A stretch of DNA of 64,000 bases. Origin: a virus (taxonomy: Duplodnaviria > Caudoviricetes). Where the stretch lies: positions 1,620 to 65,619 of the IMG/VR virus record IMGVR_UViG_3300029288_000012; one strand, given 5' to 3'. Position numbers and translations under genes: made by a program. The notes beneath the pieces are model-generated. The model was given only the letters and a program-made list of their open reading frames with translations. It searched no databases and was not told the origin of the DNA. Positions within the stretch are counted from its first letter, which is position 1; each line of letters begins with the position of its first letter. Shown here piece after piece: positions 51,078 through 59,405 of the stretch.

Positions 51078-51764
51078 TTATGCCGGGGGTGACCATGCGC
51101 CGATCCGCTGGACGGTCAATTCAGGGGAAGCCTGGGCTTCAGAAACAACGTCAAGATAGCCGCCGCTATTCTGATAGACCAGGACTTCAATATAATCGCC
51201 GGCCTTCAGAGTGTAGATACTCGTAGCGTGCATATAGATCGCAGCGCTAGCGCCTTGCCGCGATTCAATGCCAATGTAATCGGTATTATTTAGAAGGATA
51301 TCGACGTAACGAACACCATTCGCGCTTATAGCCCATTCAATCAAGGCGGTGATGATATAGACGCCATCTGTTTTGATTGTCAGTTTCGTTGGGTCAGCAA
51401 TGTCGAAAAGTCCATCTGTATCCCATCGGACGGTAGAGAAAGAAAGTTTTGTCCCAGCGCCGCCGTTAGGGATTGTTTGATTAGCGTTTGCATATACGCG
51501 AGCGCCCTTCGAAGTCAATTCAGGAGCGGCCGGGTGTGAGTGAAGTGTGGTGTTACCGCCGCCTGTTAGTTCTTGCGCCTGAAGTGCGGTCATGTCAGTC
51601 AGATATCCGGCTTCATCTGCAAAGGAATCGGTATTAGCAACAGCAGCAGAATCGGCGCAAGTTACGCAGCCATCATTATCAGGATCGTAGATTGCCTTCA
51701 GCATGTCGCCAATGCCGCCGCTACCTTCTGATTTATTTGTAATGCGAAGCGGGTCTAATGGCAT
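51078..51764 (-). CDS. C1q-like domain virion protein
   Basis: LSFSTVRWDTDGLFD...TIKTDGVYII...LKAGDYIEV pattern. Confidence 0.65.
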   Translation of the reverse strand: MPLDPLRITNKSEGSGGIGDMLKAIYDPDNDGCVTCADSAAVANTDSFADEAGYLTDMTALQAQELTGGGNTTLHSHPAAPELTSKGARVYANANQTIPNGGAGTKLSFSTVRWDTDGLFDIADPTKLTIKTDGVYIITALIEWAISANGVRYVDILLNNTDYIGIESRQGASAAIYMHATSIYTLKAGDYIEVLVYQNSGGYLDVVSEAQASPELTVQRIGAWSPPA

Positions 51765-51808
51765 GATTTATTCCTCGTAAAAGTTACCGGTATAAGATAG
51801 GGTAGTCA

Positions 51809-52252
51809 TTACGAATATTCAGCCTTTATTTCGAGCGTTCCTGGTGTAGCGACCGCGCCGGTTTCACGAGCGAACACGCGGATTCGTTCCTGTGTACCGC
51901 CGAGGAAGATAGGTCCAAAGATGACACGCTCGGCAGCAGCAGTAACCGCGCCGTATTCGATCCCTTCAGCTTGCAAAGAAGAGGTCGTATCTGTGTTCAC
52001 GGCGACAGCTCCGGGTGAATAAACAGTAGTTCTGTGCCAGGTTCCTCCAGCAGCTTCTTCGTTCACTTCAACGGCGATTTCAAATGCGCCGTTTGCTCCA
52101 CCACGAGTATAAGTCATATAGAGCGTCATATACTCAAAGGTGGGGCATTGCATTGCAACGGGTAAAGCGTCCCATGCGCCGGCGGCAAGCAAGGCAGCAG
52201 AAGCCCTCGCAGTTTGCTTATTCAAATATATGGCAGAAACAGGCTGGGGCAT
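51809..52252 (-). CDS. Putative virion protein
   Basis: RBS AGGAG; first gene after an internal promoter. Confidence 0.55.
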   Translation of the reverse strand: MPQPVSAIYLNKQTARASAALLAAGAWDALPVAMQCPTFEYMTLYMTYTRGGANGAFEIAVEVNEEAAGGTWHRTTVYSPGAVAVNTDTTSSLQAEGIEYGAVTAAAERVIFGPIFLGGTQERIRVFARETGAVATPGTLEIKAEYS

Positions 52253-52270
52253 ATGTCTCCTAAAAAAGTT

Positions 52271-52300
52271 TCAGGCCGTTGAATCGATTCAACGGCCTGA
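52271..52300 (-). terminator. 30-bp perfect palindrome followed by a U-run on the minus strand
   Basis: TCAGGCCGTTGAATCGATTCAACGGCCTGA then AACTTTTTT. Confidence 0.6.
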
Positions 52301-52321
52301 TTCGGCGCAAGTTGCCGCTAC

Positions 52322-52360
52322 ATTATAGCATGATTAGAATGCCATTACAATAGATTAGAA
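52322..52360 (-). promoter_or_regulatory. Promoter TTGTAA-17-TATAAT with TCTAATC motifs
   Basis: -35 at 52345-52350, -10 at 52322-52327. Confidence 0.55.
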
Positions 52361-53418
52361 TCGCAAGGAAGCCAGTAACGAGATCGCCTTTCAGCAATGT
52401 CAATATAAGCGGGGTTCATTTCGATTCCGGTGATTTCATCCCATCCGGCAATGGCAGCGCCAATCATTTCGCTTCCCGTTCCTGCGAACGGCACTAGGAG
52501 CCGCCTCGGTGCGTAGTGTTCTGGTGGCAGCAGCAGCGAAGCGAGATAGCGAGTAAGGTCAAGGGGTTTGATCGTTGGGTGAGGGTTCTTATCCCAAAGA
52601 CCTGCGTTTCGTTCCTTCGTTGAAGCCTTGCTACAATAATATACAGGGCTACTTTCTTGAAGGCGATCCTGTACGGCGTAAAAGAATTGCGAAGCCCTCG
52701 TTCCGGCCTGAAGATCAAGGCGGTTCCTGGACCTCTCATTGCAAAGGATAAAGTTTGAAGGCCAGCGACCTCGCGGAGTCAAGTCGGTCTTGACGCCGCC
52801 ATTCGCCACCTTGCCACCTACGAAGCGATCTTGGAAGCCGCCAGCGTGAGTTTCGCCGCCTGTCTCTCCTATGCGCCCGGCATCGATATCAAGGACGCCG
52901 GCGCCAGTTGATTCAATACAGTCAGTTGGTCTTCCCTCATAGGGTTTCTGAAACAATATAATCGGTTCAAGAGCCGGCTTCATCGCTTGCGCTCCGTATC
53001 GATATCGGTTCCAGAACGGAGCCGGCAGTTTGATACGAGTAGCACGAGGGAAGCCGGACCCGTAGACCCAACCGAATATCGCCGGGTGAATAATCAATCC
53101 GGCGTCTTCTATCGCAGTTGCAAGGCGGTGAAAGTTTCTCGCCGCAGCGAAAGCCATGCCGAAAGCCCCTGGGTAGAGGTGTTCTGATAAAGCCGACCAC
53201 GTATTGGATTGAAAGGCGATACCGCCGCCATCCCAGGTTTCCCCCATAAAGCCCTTCGAGAAGCGGCTATAAACGCCGGTCTTCGCTGGAGCGGAGTCCG
53301 GTTTACCGAATCGCTTTACGATAGATTCGAGATGATAAGGGGGATCGCAGAGAAGCGCATGGTATTTCTGGCCAGAGTAGGATTTCGCCCAATCGATTAC
53401 ATCTGCGTTTATTATCAT
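52345..53418 (-). CDS. N4-C / N6-A DNA methyltransferase (beta class)
   Basis: CDPPY, HPTIKP and PFAGTGS motifs. Confidence 0.88.
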   Translation of the reverse strand: MIINADVIDWAKSYSGQKYHALLCDPPYHLESIVKRFGKPDSAPAKTGVYSRFSKGFMGETWDGGGIAFQSNTWSALSEHLYPGAFGMAFAAARNFHRLATAIEDAGLIIHPAIFGWVYGSGFPRATRIKLPAPFWNRYRYGAQAMKPALEPIILFQKPYEGRPTDCIESTGAGVLDIDAGRIGETGGETHAGGFQDRFVGGKVANGGVKTDLTPRGRWPSNFILCNERSRNRLDLQAGTRASQFFYAVQDRLQESSPVYYCSKASTKERNAGLWDKNPHPTIKPLDLTRYLASLLLPPEHYAPRRLLVPFAGTGSEMIGAAIAGWDEITGIEMNPAYIDIAERRSRYWLPCDSNLL

Positions 53419-53618
53419 CTCAGAGTTCTTCCCGTTTCTGAAGGTTTCGGCTTTGTAGGTATGCGATCCCTTCTGTGCAAGTCAGTCAAGTCAGTTGTGC
53501 GGCGGTGTGGCAGCGGTGTTCTATCATACGAACGAGGAATCGGCGAGCCACAGCCTTCGCAGTTCAAAACGGCCATAGGGTTTGCACGATCGCAAGCATC
53601 GCAGCGCCAATAGTTCAT
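53415..53618 (-). CDS. RanBP2-type Zn-finger protein
   Basis: W-x-C-x2-C-x3-N-x6-C-x2-C matched exactly. Confidence 0.6.
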   Translation of the reverse strand: MNYWRCDACDRANPMAVLNCEGCGSPIPRSYDRTPLPHRRTTDLTDLHRRDRIPTKPKPSETGRTLR

Positions 53619-53619
53619 T

Positions 53620-54705
53620 TTATAATCCTAGTTGTATCTGTACTTCCGATATGCGTTTCTTCGCTATTTGAATATAGTCGAAGTTCAATTCTACTGACAC
53701 GCCGCGACGGCCGAGTTGCGCCGCTACTCGCGAGGTTGTTCCACTTCCCCCAAACGGGTCAAAGATAATATCGCCCGGCCTGGACCCTGCAAGAATACAG
53801 GGTTCGATTAGCTTTTCCGGCATCGTGGCAAAGTGCGCATAAGGGACAGCCTGAGTAGGGACCGTCCAAACAGTTCGCCGATTACGAGTAGGTTTGATTT
53901 CAAGACCGCCATCCTTGGCAAGCCCTTGTCTGGTTTGACCATACTTCCCCATCTGGCCGTTCTTGCCGTTCTTGTTGTTTCGCCTGATTTCGCCGGCGTG
54001 TACGGCCGGTTCTGCAATTGATTCAGCGTCATAATAATACCGCGCCGATTTCGAAAGTAAGAAAAGGTATTCATGCGATTTCGTTGGTCGGTCTCGAATC
54101 GATTCCGGCATCGGATTCGGCTTATGCCAGATAATGTCGGATCGAAGATACCAGCCGCCTTTGCGCGCATCTGCATATTCACGGTCAAGAGATTCGATTT
54201 CAGCTATGACTCGATCTGGAACGGCGTCCCAGCTATCATAGCTTGCGAGGATCGCCGTTCGCATACGTTCAATAACGAGCATCGTTTCAGGACTTGCCGC
54301 GCCATCTGATTGCAAGGCAAAAGCGATTCGCCAGGGTATACCGATCAAGTCTTTATCTTTCACAGTTGCGAGATTCGCCCTGTTACGGTTAGCAGTATTG
54401 TCCCTCTTGTTCTTCCGATTCCCTTCAATCCCACCTACAACACCGCGCCCGCATGAGTGCGCATTATAGCTATCGCCTATATTCAGCCAAAGAGTCCCGT
54501 CGTCTTTCAGGATTCTTCGACATTCCCTGAAGACAGTCAGCATGTTTTCAACGTATTCTTCAATCGACCGTTCGAGTCCGAGTTGCCCTTTTACGCCATA
54601 ATCGCGAAGCCCAAAGTAAGGTGGCGAGGTCACGATACACTGGACCGATTGATCTGCAAGGGGGATCGATAAAGCATCTGCATTGATTATGAGGGCGTTA
54701 GTCAT
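53620..54705 (-). CDS. N4-C / N6-A DNA methyltransferase (beta class)
   Basis: TSPPY, IIWHKPN, HFATMP and DPFGGSGTT motifs. Confidence 0.9.
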   Translation of the reverse strand: MTNALIINADALSIPLADQSVQCIVTSPPYFGLRDYGVKGQLGLERSIEEYVENMLTVFRECRRILKDDGTLWLNIGDSYNAHSCGRGVVGGIEGNRKNKRDNTANRNRANLATVKDKDLIGIPWRIAFALQSDGAASPETMLVIERMRTAILASYDSWDAVPDRVIAEIESLDREYADARKGGWYLRSDIIWHKPNPMPESIRDRPTKSHEYLFLLSKSARYYYDAESIAEPAVHAGEIRRNNKNGKNGQMGKYGQTRQGLAKDGGLEIKPTRNRRTVWTVPTQAVPYAHFATMPEKLIEPCILAGSRPGDIIFDPFGGSGTTSRVAAQLGRRGVSVELNFDYIQIAKKRISEVQIQLGL

Positions 54706-55768
54706 TGACGCTAGTCACTTCCTCTTTGTATCGCCGGTGCGCGATATCAATATATTCTTGACCTAGTTCCTGCATGATTCCGATTCTCCCTAGTTTCGCA
54801 GCAGTTACAGCGACCGTGCCGCTTCCCCCAAAGGGATCGAAGACAATATCGCCGGGTTTCGAGCCGGCTAGGATACAGGGTTCGACCAGCTTTTCCGGCA
54901 TCACGGCATAATGGGCATACTTGCTTTTACGAGTAGCGATCGACCAAACAGATCGCTTATGACGTTTACCGGTCGGACCGCCGCTATTCATGCCGAGCGA
55001 GAAAAGCCCGTCAGAGCCAGCGATATTCGGTCGATAGTTCTTCTTGCCGCTTTGCCCGTTCCAGTTGCTAGGTTCCTGGATCGCTTCATAGTCGAAGTAG
55101 TATCGCTTCTTCTTTGTCAGCAAGAATAAATATTCGTGATCACGGGTAGGCCGGTCTTTCACGTTTTCGGGTTTGACATTCGGCTTATGCCAGATAATAT
55201 CGGATCGAAGATAAAAGCCGAGGTCAGCTAGGTTCGTCCATAAATCAATCGCAGCGCGCAGCGTTCGAAGATAAGACAAGTCATTATTATCGATCGCATT
55301 GCATACCGCCTTGCCGTAGCTAATTGGCATGAGGATATAGCCCTGCAAAGCAAAGGCAACGCGCCATGGGATTCCGATAAGGTCCTTCGGTTTCAGCCCG
55401 TCAGCAGTTCTTGAAGATACGTAGCCAGGCGGCTTGCGCCCGCCCCATTCTCGAAGATAGGGTCTCCGAAAAGCGCCATCACTTGATTCGGTGTGATTGC
55501 ACCATCCATGCGCGCTCCCGGCGTAGGTGTCTCCGAGGTTTAGCCAAAGAGTCCCGTCCGGCTTCAGTATCCGATAGCATTCCGCTAGAACAGCAACGAG
55601 ATTAGCGACGTAAGCGGCCGGGGTTTCTTCCATGCCGAGCTGGCTATCATCGGCCCGGTATTGTCGTAGGTTCCAATATGGGGGTGACGTGATGATAGTC
55701 TGGACCGTTTCATCTGCAAGGGGGATATGCCGCGAATCGCCGTGAATCGTTATGAAGTTCTCGCTCAA
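54698..55768 (-). CDS. N4-C / N6-A DNA methyltransferase (beta class), paralog of 53620-54705
   Basis: TSPPY, IIWHKPN, HYAVMP and DPFGGSGT motifs; TTG start at 55768 is inferred. Confidence 0.88.
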   Translation of the reverse strand: MSENFITIHGDSRHIPLADETVQTIITSPPYWNLRQYRADDSQLGMEETPAAYVANLVAVLAECYRILKPDGTLWLNLGDTYAGSAHGWCNHTESSDGAFRRPYLREWGGRKPPGYVSSRTADGLKPKDLIGIPWRVAFALQGYILMPISYGKAVCNAIDNNDLSYLRTLRAAIDLWTNLADLGFYLRSDIIWHKPNVKPENVKDRPTRDHEYLFLLTKKKRYYFDYEAIQEPSNWNGQSGKKNYRPNIAGSDGLFSLGMNSGGPTGKRHKRSVWSIATRKSKYAHYAVMPEKLVEPCILAGSKPGDIVFDPFGGSGTVAVTAAKLGRIGIMQELGQEYIDIAHRRYKEEVTSVND

Positions 55769-55781
55769 TTCGGTTGCCCTT

Positions 55782-56567
55782 TCAAGCCGCCTGGGTGAAG
55801 TCCAGGGCTGGCTGCATACGATAAGTCTCGATTCTACGCAGCGCAAGATCGTAGTAGGTCTTCGAGAGTTCGAAGCCTATCGGATTCCGACCGTGCTGCA
55901 AGGCAGCGATCAGAGTTGTTCCAGACCCGGCAAAGATATCAAGAACAGTATCACCAACGTGGCCGAATAGCTTCATTGCCCGTTTCGGTAGTTCAATCGG
56001 GAATTGCGCCGGGTGGTCTTTGGTAGCATCCTGCGACCAATTGATCTTCCAATAGCCGCGTGTCCATTCAACGAATTCTTCTGACACGATATCAGAGCCA
56101 TTGCCGCGCTTTGTCCGGGTCTCTTTGTAGAAGACATAGAGCATATGGAAGTTACCGATAATTCGGCAGTTGTCGGGTTTCAGCCAGCTTCCCCAGGCGC
56201 AAGGGTTTGTCTTTCGGTGTTCAATTCCGATTTCGCAGAACAGCCCGAAGCCGGCCTCGAAAGCGGCCTTCTGCCAGATATAAGTGAGGGGGAAGTCGAG
56301 TCCGCTTGCTCCGATTTCAATGCAAGCCCGGCCACCTGTCTTCAATAGCCGATATGCGTTCTCCATACAATCGACAGCGAACGAGCCATAAGATTCAAGG
56401 TCAAGCCTGTCAGCAGCATTGCCCTTATTATCATAATTTATGCCAACGTTATAAGGGGGTGAGGTGACAATGAGGTCGATTGAATCCGGGTCCATCATGG
56501 ACATTCCGAGATTACAATCGCAGTTATACAGTTGATACGGGGGGTTCTGGTTGTTCGGGTTTGTCAT
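55782..56567 (-). CDS. N4-C / N6-A DNA methyltransferase (beta class)
   Basis: VTSPPYN, HPAQFP and DIFAGSGTT motifs. Confidence 0.9.
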   Translation of the reverse strand: MTNPNNQNPPYQLYNCDCNLGMSMMDPDSIDLIVTSPPYNVGINYDNKGNAADRLDLESYGSFAVDCMENAYRLLKTGGRACIEIGASGLDFPLTYIWQKAAFEAGFGLFCEIGIEHRKTNPCAWGSWLKPDNCRIIGNFHMLYVFYKETRTKRGNGSDIVSEEFVEWTRGYWKINWSQDATKDHPAQFPIELPKRAMKLFGHVGDTVLDIFAGSGTTLIAALQHGRNPIGFELSKTYYDLALRRIETYRMQPALDFTQAA

Positions 56568-56760
56568 TCGTTTTCTCGCTCAAAGAAAGTAGTTCTGCAA
56601 TTGGAACATAGACATATTTCACGGATCGCCCGGCGCCACCTCGGCGGCGATCAAATTTCGGGCAGAATTCAAGCGCCTTCTGCTTTTCGTCATATCGCAT
56701 CGGTAGCCTGTACCCATTATACCAGATAAAGCCGCGTTCATCAATTGTCAGTTTTGACAT
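56524..56760 (-). CDS. Hypothetical protein
   Basis: Coupled ORF. Confidence 0.55.
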   Translation of the reverse strand: MSKLTIDERGFIWYNGYRLPMRYDEKQKALEFCPKFDRRRGGAGRSVKYVYVPIAELLSLSEKTNDKPEQPEPPVSTV

Positions 56761-56763
56761 TCG

Positions 56764-57408
56764 TTATTTACCGAGCCTTCTAGGTTTGCCGCGCGTCAGA
56801 GGGGTTGAAGCTGGTTCGAGGTGACAGTCACAGTTTAGACCGCCACAGGAGAGCGCAGCACTTTGCGTTTGCCAGCCGTACTTTCGCCAGATAGAAGCGC
56901 GATAGGTTTTGCCTTGCGCCCAGATACAATCGGTGCAATGCTTTTCGGCGGTTCCGAGTACCCATGTCAAGGGAGCGTCTTTTGCGCCTAATAGCCTGGC
57001 CCGGTTGTAGATATCAAGCCAGCGGTTTGCCCAAAGATTCAGCCGGGATTCGATCGCGCTTGCCGGGTATTGCTCCGAGCCTCGGTGGGCAAAGATGAAG
57101 AAGGCGAGCCGGGTTATATAGGATCGTTCCTTGTTCACGGCGAGATAGTAAGAGAGCCATTCGTCTTGCAAGATCGCATCTGCCTGGATACCATATTCAG
57201 CAAAGCCTTCAAGCCACGCCGTATATAGGCCGGTGTTTACAAGGCTATACATAGCGATCGTAAAATCAGTCAAGCCTAATTCACCAGACCAAAGGGAGAA
57301 GGCGTAGTCATTCAAGGTACGGCGATAGTCGGTCGAAAGCCGGTTCGCAGTTATACTAGTCTCTTTCAAAGAGTTTCGATTCGTGTTTGTCACTTGATAT
57401 ACTCCCAA
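56764..57408 (-). CDS. Head morphogenesis protein (Mu gpF / SPP1 gp7-like)
   Basis: HCTDC...NCDCHL motifs; located after the portal. Confidence 0.75.
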   Translation of the reverse strand: MGVYQVTNTNRNSLKETSITANRLSTDYRRTLNDYAFSLWSGELGLTDFTIAMYSLVNTGLYTAWLEGFAEYGIQADAILQDEWLSYYLAVNKERSYITRLAFFIFAHRGSEQYPASAIESRLNLWANRWLDIYNRARLLGAKDAPLTWVLGTAEKHCTDCIWAQGKTYRASIWRKYGWQTQSAALSCGGLNCDCHLEPASTPLTRGKPRRLGK

Positions 57409-57856
57409 AGGGGTAGCCCTGAAGGTACAGCCGCGCTAGTCGCTTCACCTTCGAGGGTGCGCGATCATCCAGGCAACAGCCTAGCGCGTTGATTAGATTC
57501 CGAATTCGTTTAGGGTTTGCCGGGGAATTTATACTGACTTTGTAAACCTTGCCGGCAATGCTAATTAGTTCTATCGGCAGCGAGAGGGAGTCAAGTTGTT
57601 CAATATAGGTATCTTCGACGAAGACACTCAAAGAGCCATCGGAGAGCCAGGCGGCGAGATACTTTCCACCTGAGAAGGATAAATCTGGTAGCCCTGCTTT
57701 TGACTCGTCTTCTTCATCCGAGAAGTAAACCCAGGGATGAAGCTCCTCGCCGGGCTGGACCTGATTCTTCTCTATTATCATGAGTATCACGAGAGCGGCG
57801 GCGGCAGCGGTGAGAATCAGCGACATTATAACGAGAATATCAGATAGGACTTCCAT
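57356..57856 (-). CDS. Single-TM hypothetical protein
   Basis: RBS AAGGA before MEVLSD; overlaps both neighbours. Confidence 0.45.
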   Translation of the reverse strand: MEVLSDILVIMSLILTAAAAALVILMIIEKNQVQPGEELHPWVYFSDEEDESKAGLPDLSFSGGKYLAAWLSDGSLSVFVEDTYIEQLDSLSLPIELISIAGKVYKVSINSPANPKRIRNLINALGCCLDDRAPSKVKRLARLYLQGYPFGSISSDKHESKLFERD

Positions 57857-59390
57857 CTTGCGTAGTTCCTTTCGTTGTTTTCGGTTGTTTGACAGGGACA
57901 AGATTCCCCGCATCACGAATGCCAATTGTCTGGATCGCGAGCCGTAGGATAGACCGAGTCATCTGGTTCGCTTCAGCAGCGGTGATGGCGCCACTCGCAG
58001 CGGCGCTATCAGCCATCTTCATCACCTTCTCTAATTGATCGATATCCGAGAGAATCACGGCGTCAAGGTTGACTTGCACGTCAAGACTGGCGAAGTTCGC
58101 CAGATTGAAAGTCTCGGCAGCGGCAAGAACGATCTGCGCGAGGTCACGCCAAACAGAAGCCCATAGCAGTTGATAAGCATTGAATGCGAGAAGCATTGGA
58201 CGTTCCATCTGCGTAGCAGTAGCAAGGCGATAATAGTCGCCGCGTCCGAGATAGTGAGGGTAGACCTGCGCGCCGAGGCCGGCCATATTCAGGATCGCAA
58301 GTCCGTCGGATTCGGCGTCACCTGCGTTCGTAGGCCGCGATTCCCATTTCTTGTCGAGCGCGTTATTTTGTATCCATGTAGAGCCAGCGACCGGTGGCGG
58401 GTTCCTCTCGCTTCCGCTGCTTGTCGGGTTTCGCAGCGTAGTATCGATATAGTTTCTCACAGCGTCAACAGCACGCGAGCCGCCCTGGACCGTGATCTTC
58501 TCGACAAAGGCAGCGGCGGCAGCAGCAACAGCAGCACGGTCATTCAGGAAGCGAGAGTAAAGGCGTATCCAGGGGATCGCAGCGGACAACAGCGGCCAGC
58601 CGCGCATTTCGCCCGGCCTGACACGGTTCGCGACGAACAGCATCACGACATCGGTTCCTTGCCGGCCGGATCGCATTCTTTCAGCCCGGATTGCCCCATC
58701 CGGCAAGGCGATCTTCGCCGCCTGTTTCTCGGTCAATCGCCAATCCCTTACGTAGTAGTCAACCTGCTCGGCGCTTGCCGTTTTAGAATAGCTAACATGA
58801 TAATAGGCCGGAGTCTTTGGGTCTTCAGGGATCGTGATAATATCGACAATCCTTTCGGTGGTCACGGTTCGTACCGTTGCTTGACCATCAAGGCGGCTTA
58901 TGTAGATAAGGAAGCCGATTTCGCCATCGGTGAGAAGTTGCCATGACAGGGTTTGAATTGATCGCATTCCGAGAACAGGGTCATTGCCTGGAGACTTCCA
59001 GAAAGCGTCCCAATAGGGTTGCGCCTTCGAGTCTTCGGTAGATACTTCCGGTGATACGTCAAAGGCATAGTTTGTCACGAGAGATATCAGGGTTTGCGCT
59101 ATCACGTCCCAGGACGCGACTCTTCGACTTTCAGCAACGGTAGCGGATCGATCCTGTTCGGTCGCAGCGCCTAGTCCGGTGATGTATTGACCGCGCCGAA
59201 TATACATGTCGATCAATTGGGGGTCAAGTTCTCGCATCACCTGTTCATAGATATCGCTACCGGTGGCGGCAGAGATGATATGCCATTGCCCGGCGTCTAT
59301 CAGTTGTTCAAGTTGACTCTGCAATTCAGCTTGAAGGGTTTCGAGTTCCCTCGTTTTTTTTGACGTGAAAAGCCGTTCAAATAGGTTCAT
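57840..59390 (-). CDS. Portal protein
   Basis: 516 aa directly after TerL; DGE, RGWPLL and NRATA-like RLATATQ motifs. Confidence 0.85.
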   Translation of the reverse strand: MNLFERLFTSKKTRELETLQAELQSQLEQLIDAGQWHIISAATGSDIYEQVMRELDPQLIDMYIRRGQYITGLGAATEQDRSATVAESRRVASWDVIAQTLISLVTNYAFDVSPEVSTEDSKAQPYWDAFWKSPGNDPVLGMRSIQTLSWQLLTDGEIGFLIYISRLDGQATVRTVTTERIVDIITIPEDPKTPAYYHVSYSKTASAEQVDYYVRDWRLTEKQAAKIALPDGAIRAERMRSGRQGTDVVMLFVANRVRPGEMRGWPLLSAAIPWIRLYSRFLNDRAAVAAAAAAFVEKITVQGGSRAVDAVRNYIDTTLRNPTSSGSERNPPPVAGSTWIQNNALDKKWESRPTNAGDAESDGLAILNMAGLGAQVYPHYLGRGDYYRLATATQMERPMLLAFNAYQLLWASVWRDLAQIVLAAAETFNLANFASLDVQVNLDAVILSDIDQLEKVMKMADSAAASGAITAAEANQMTRSILRLAIQTIGIRDAGNLVPVKQPKTTKGTTQDGSPI

Positions 59391-59405
59391 TGGATAGAGT
59401 TCCTT

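Noticed and set aside
54150-55348. Inteins in the MTase insertions
   Set aside because: Only 40-50 aa, with no N-terminal Cys/Ser block and no His-Asn C-terminal junction
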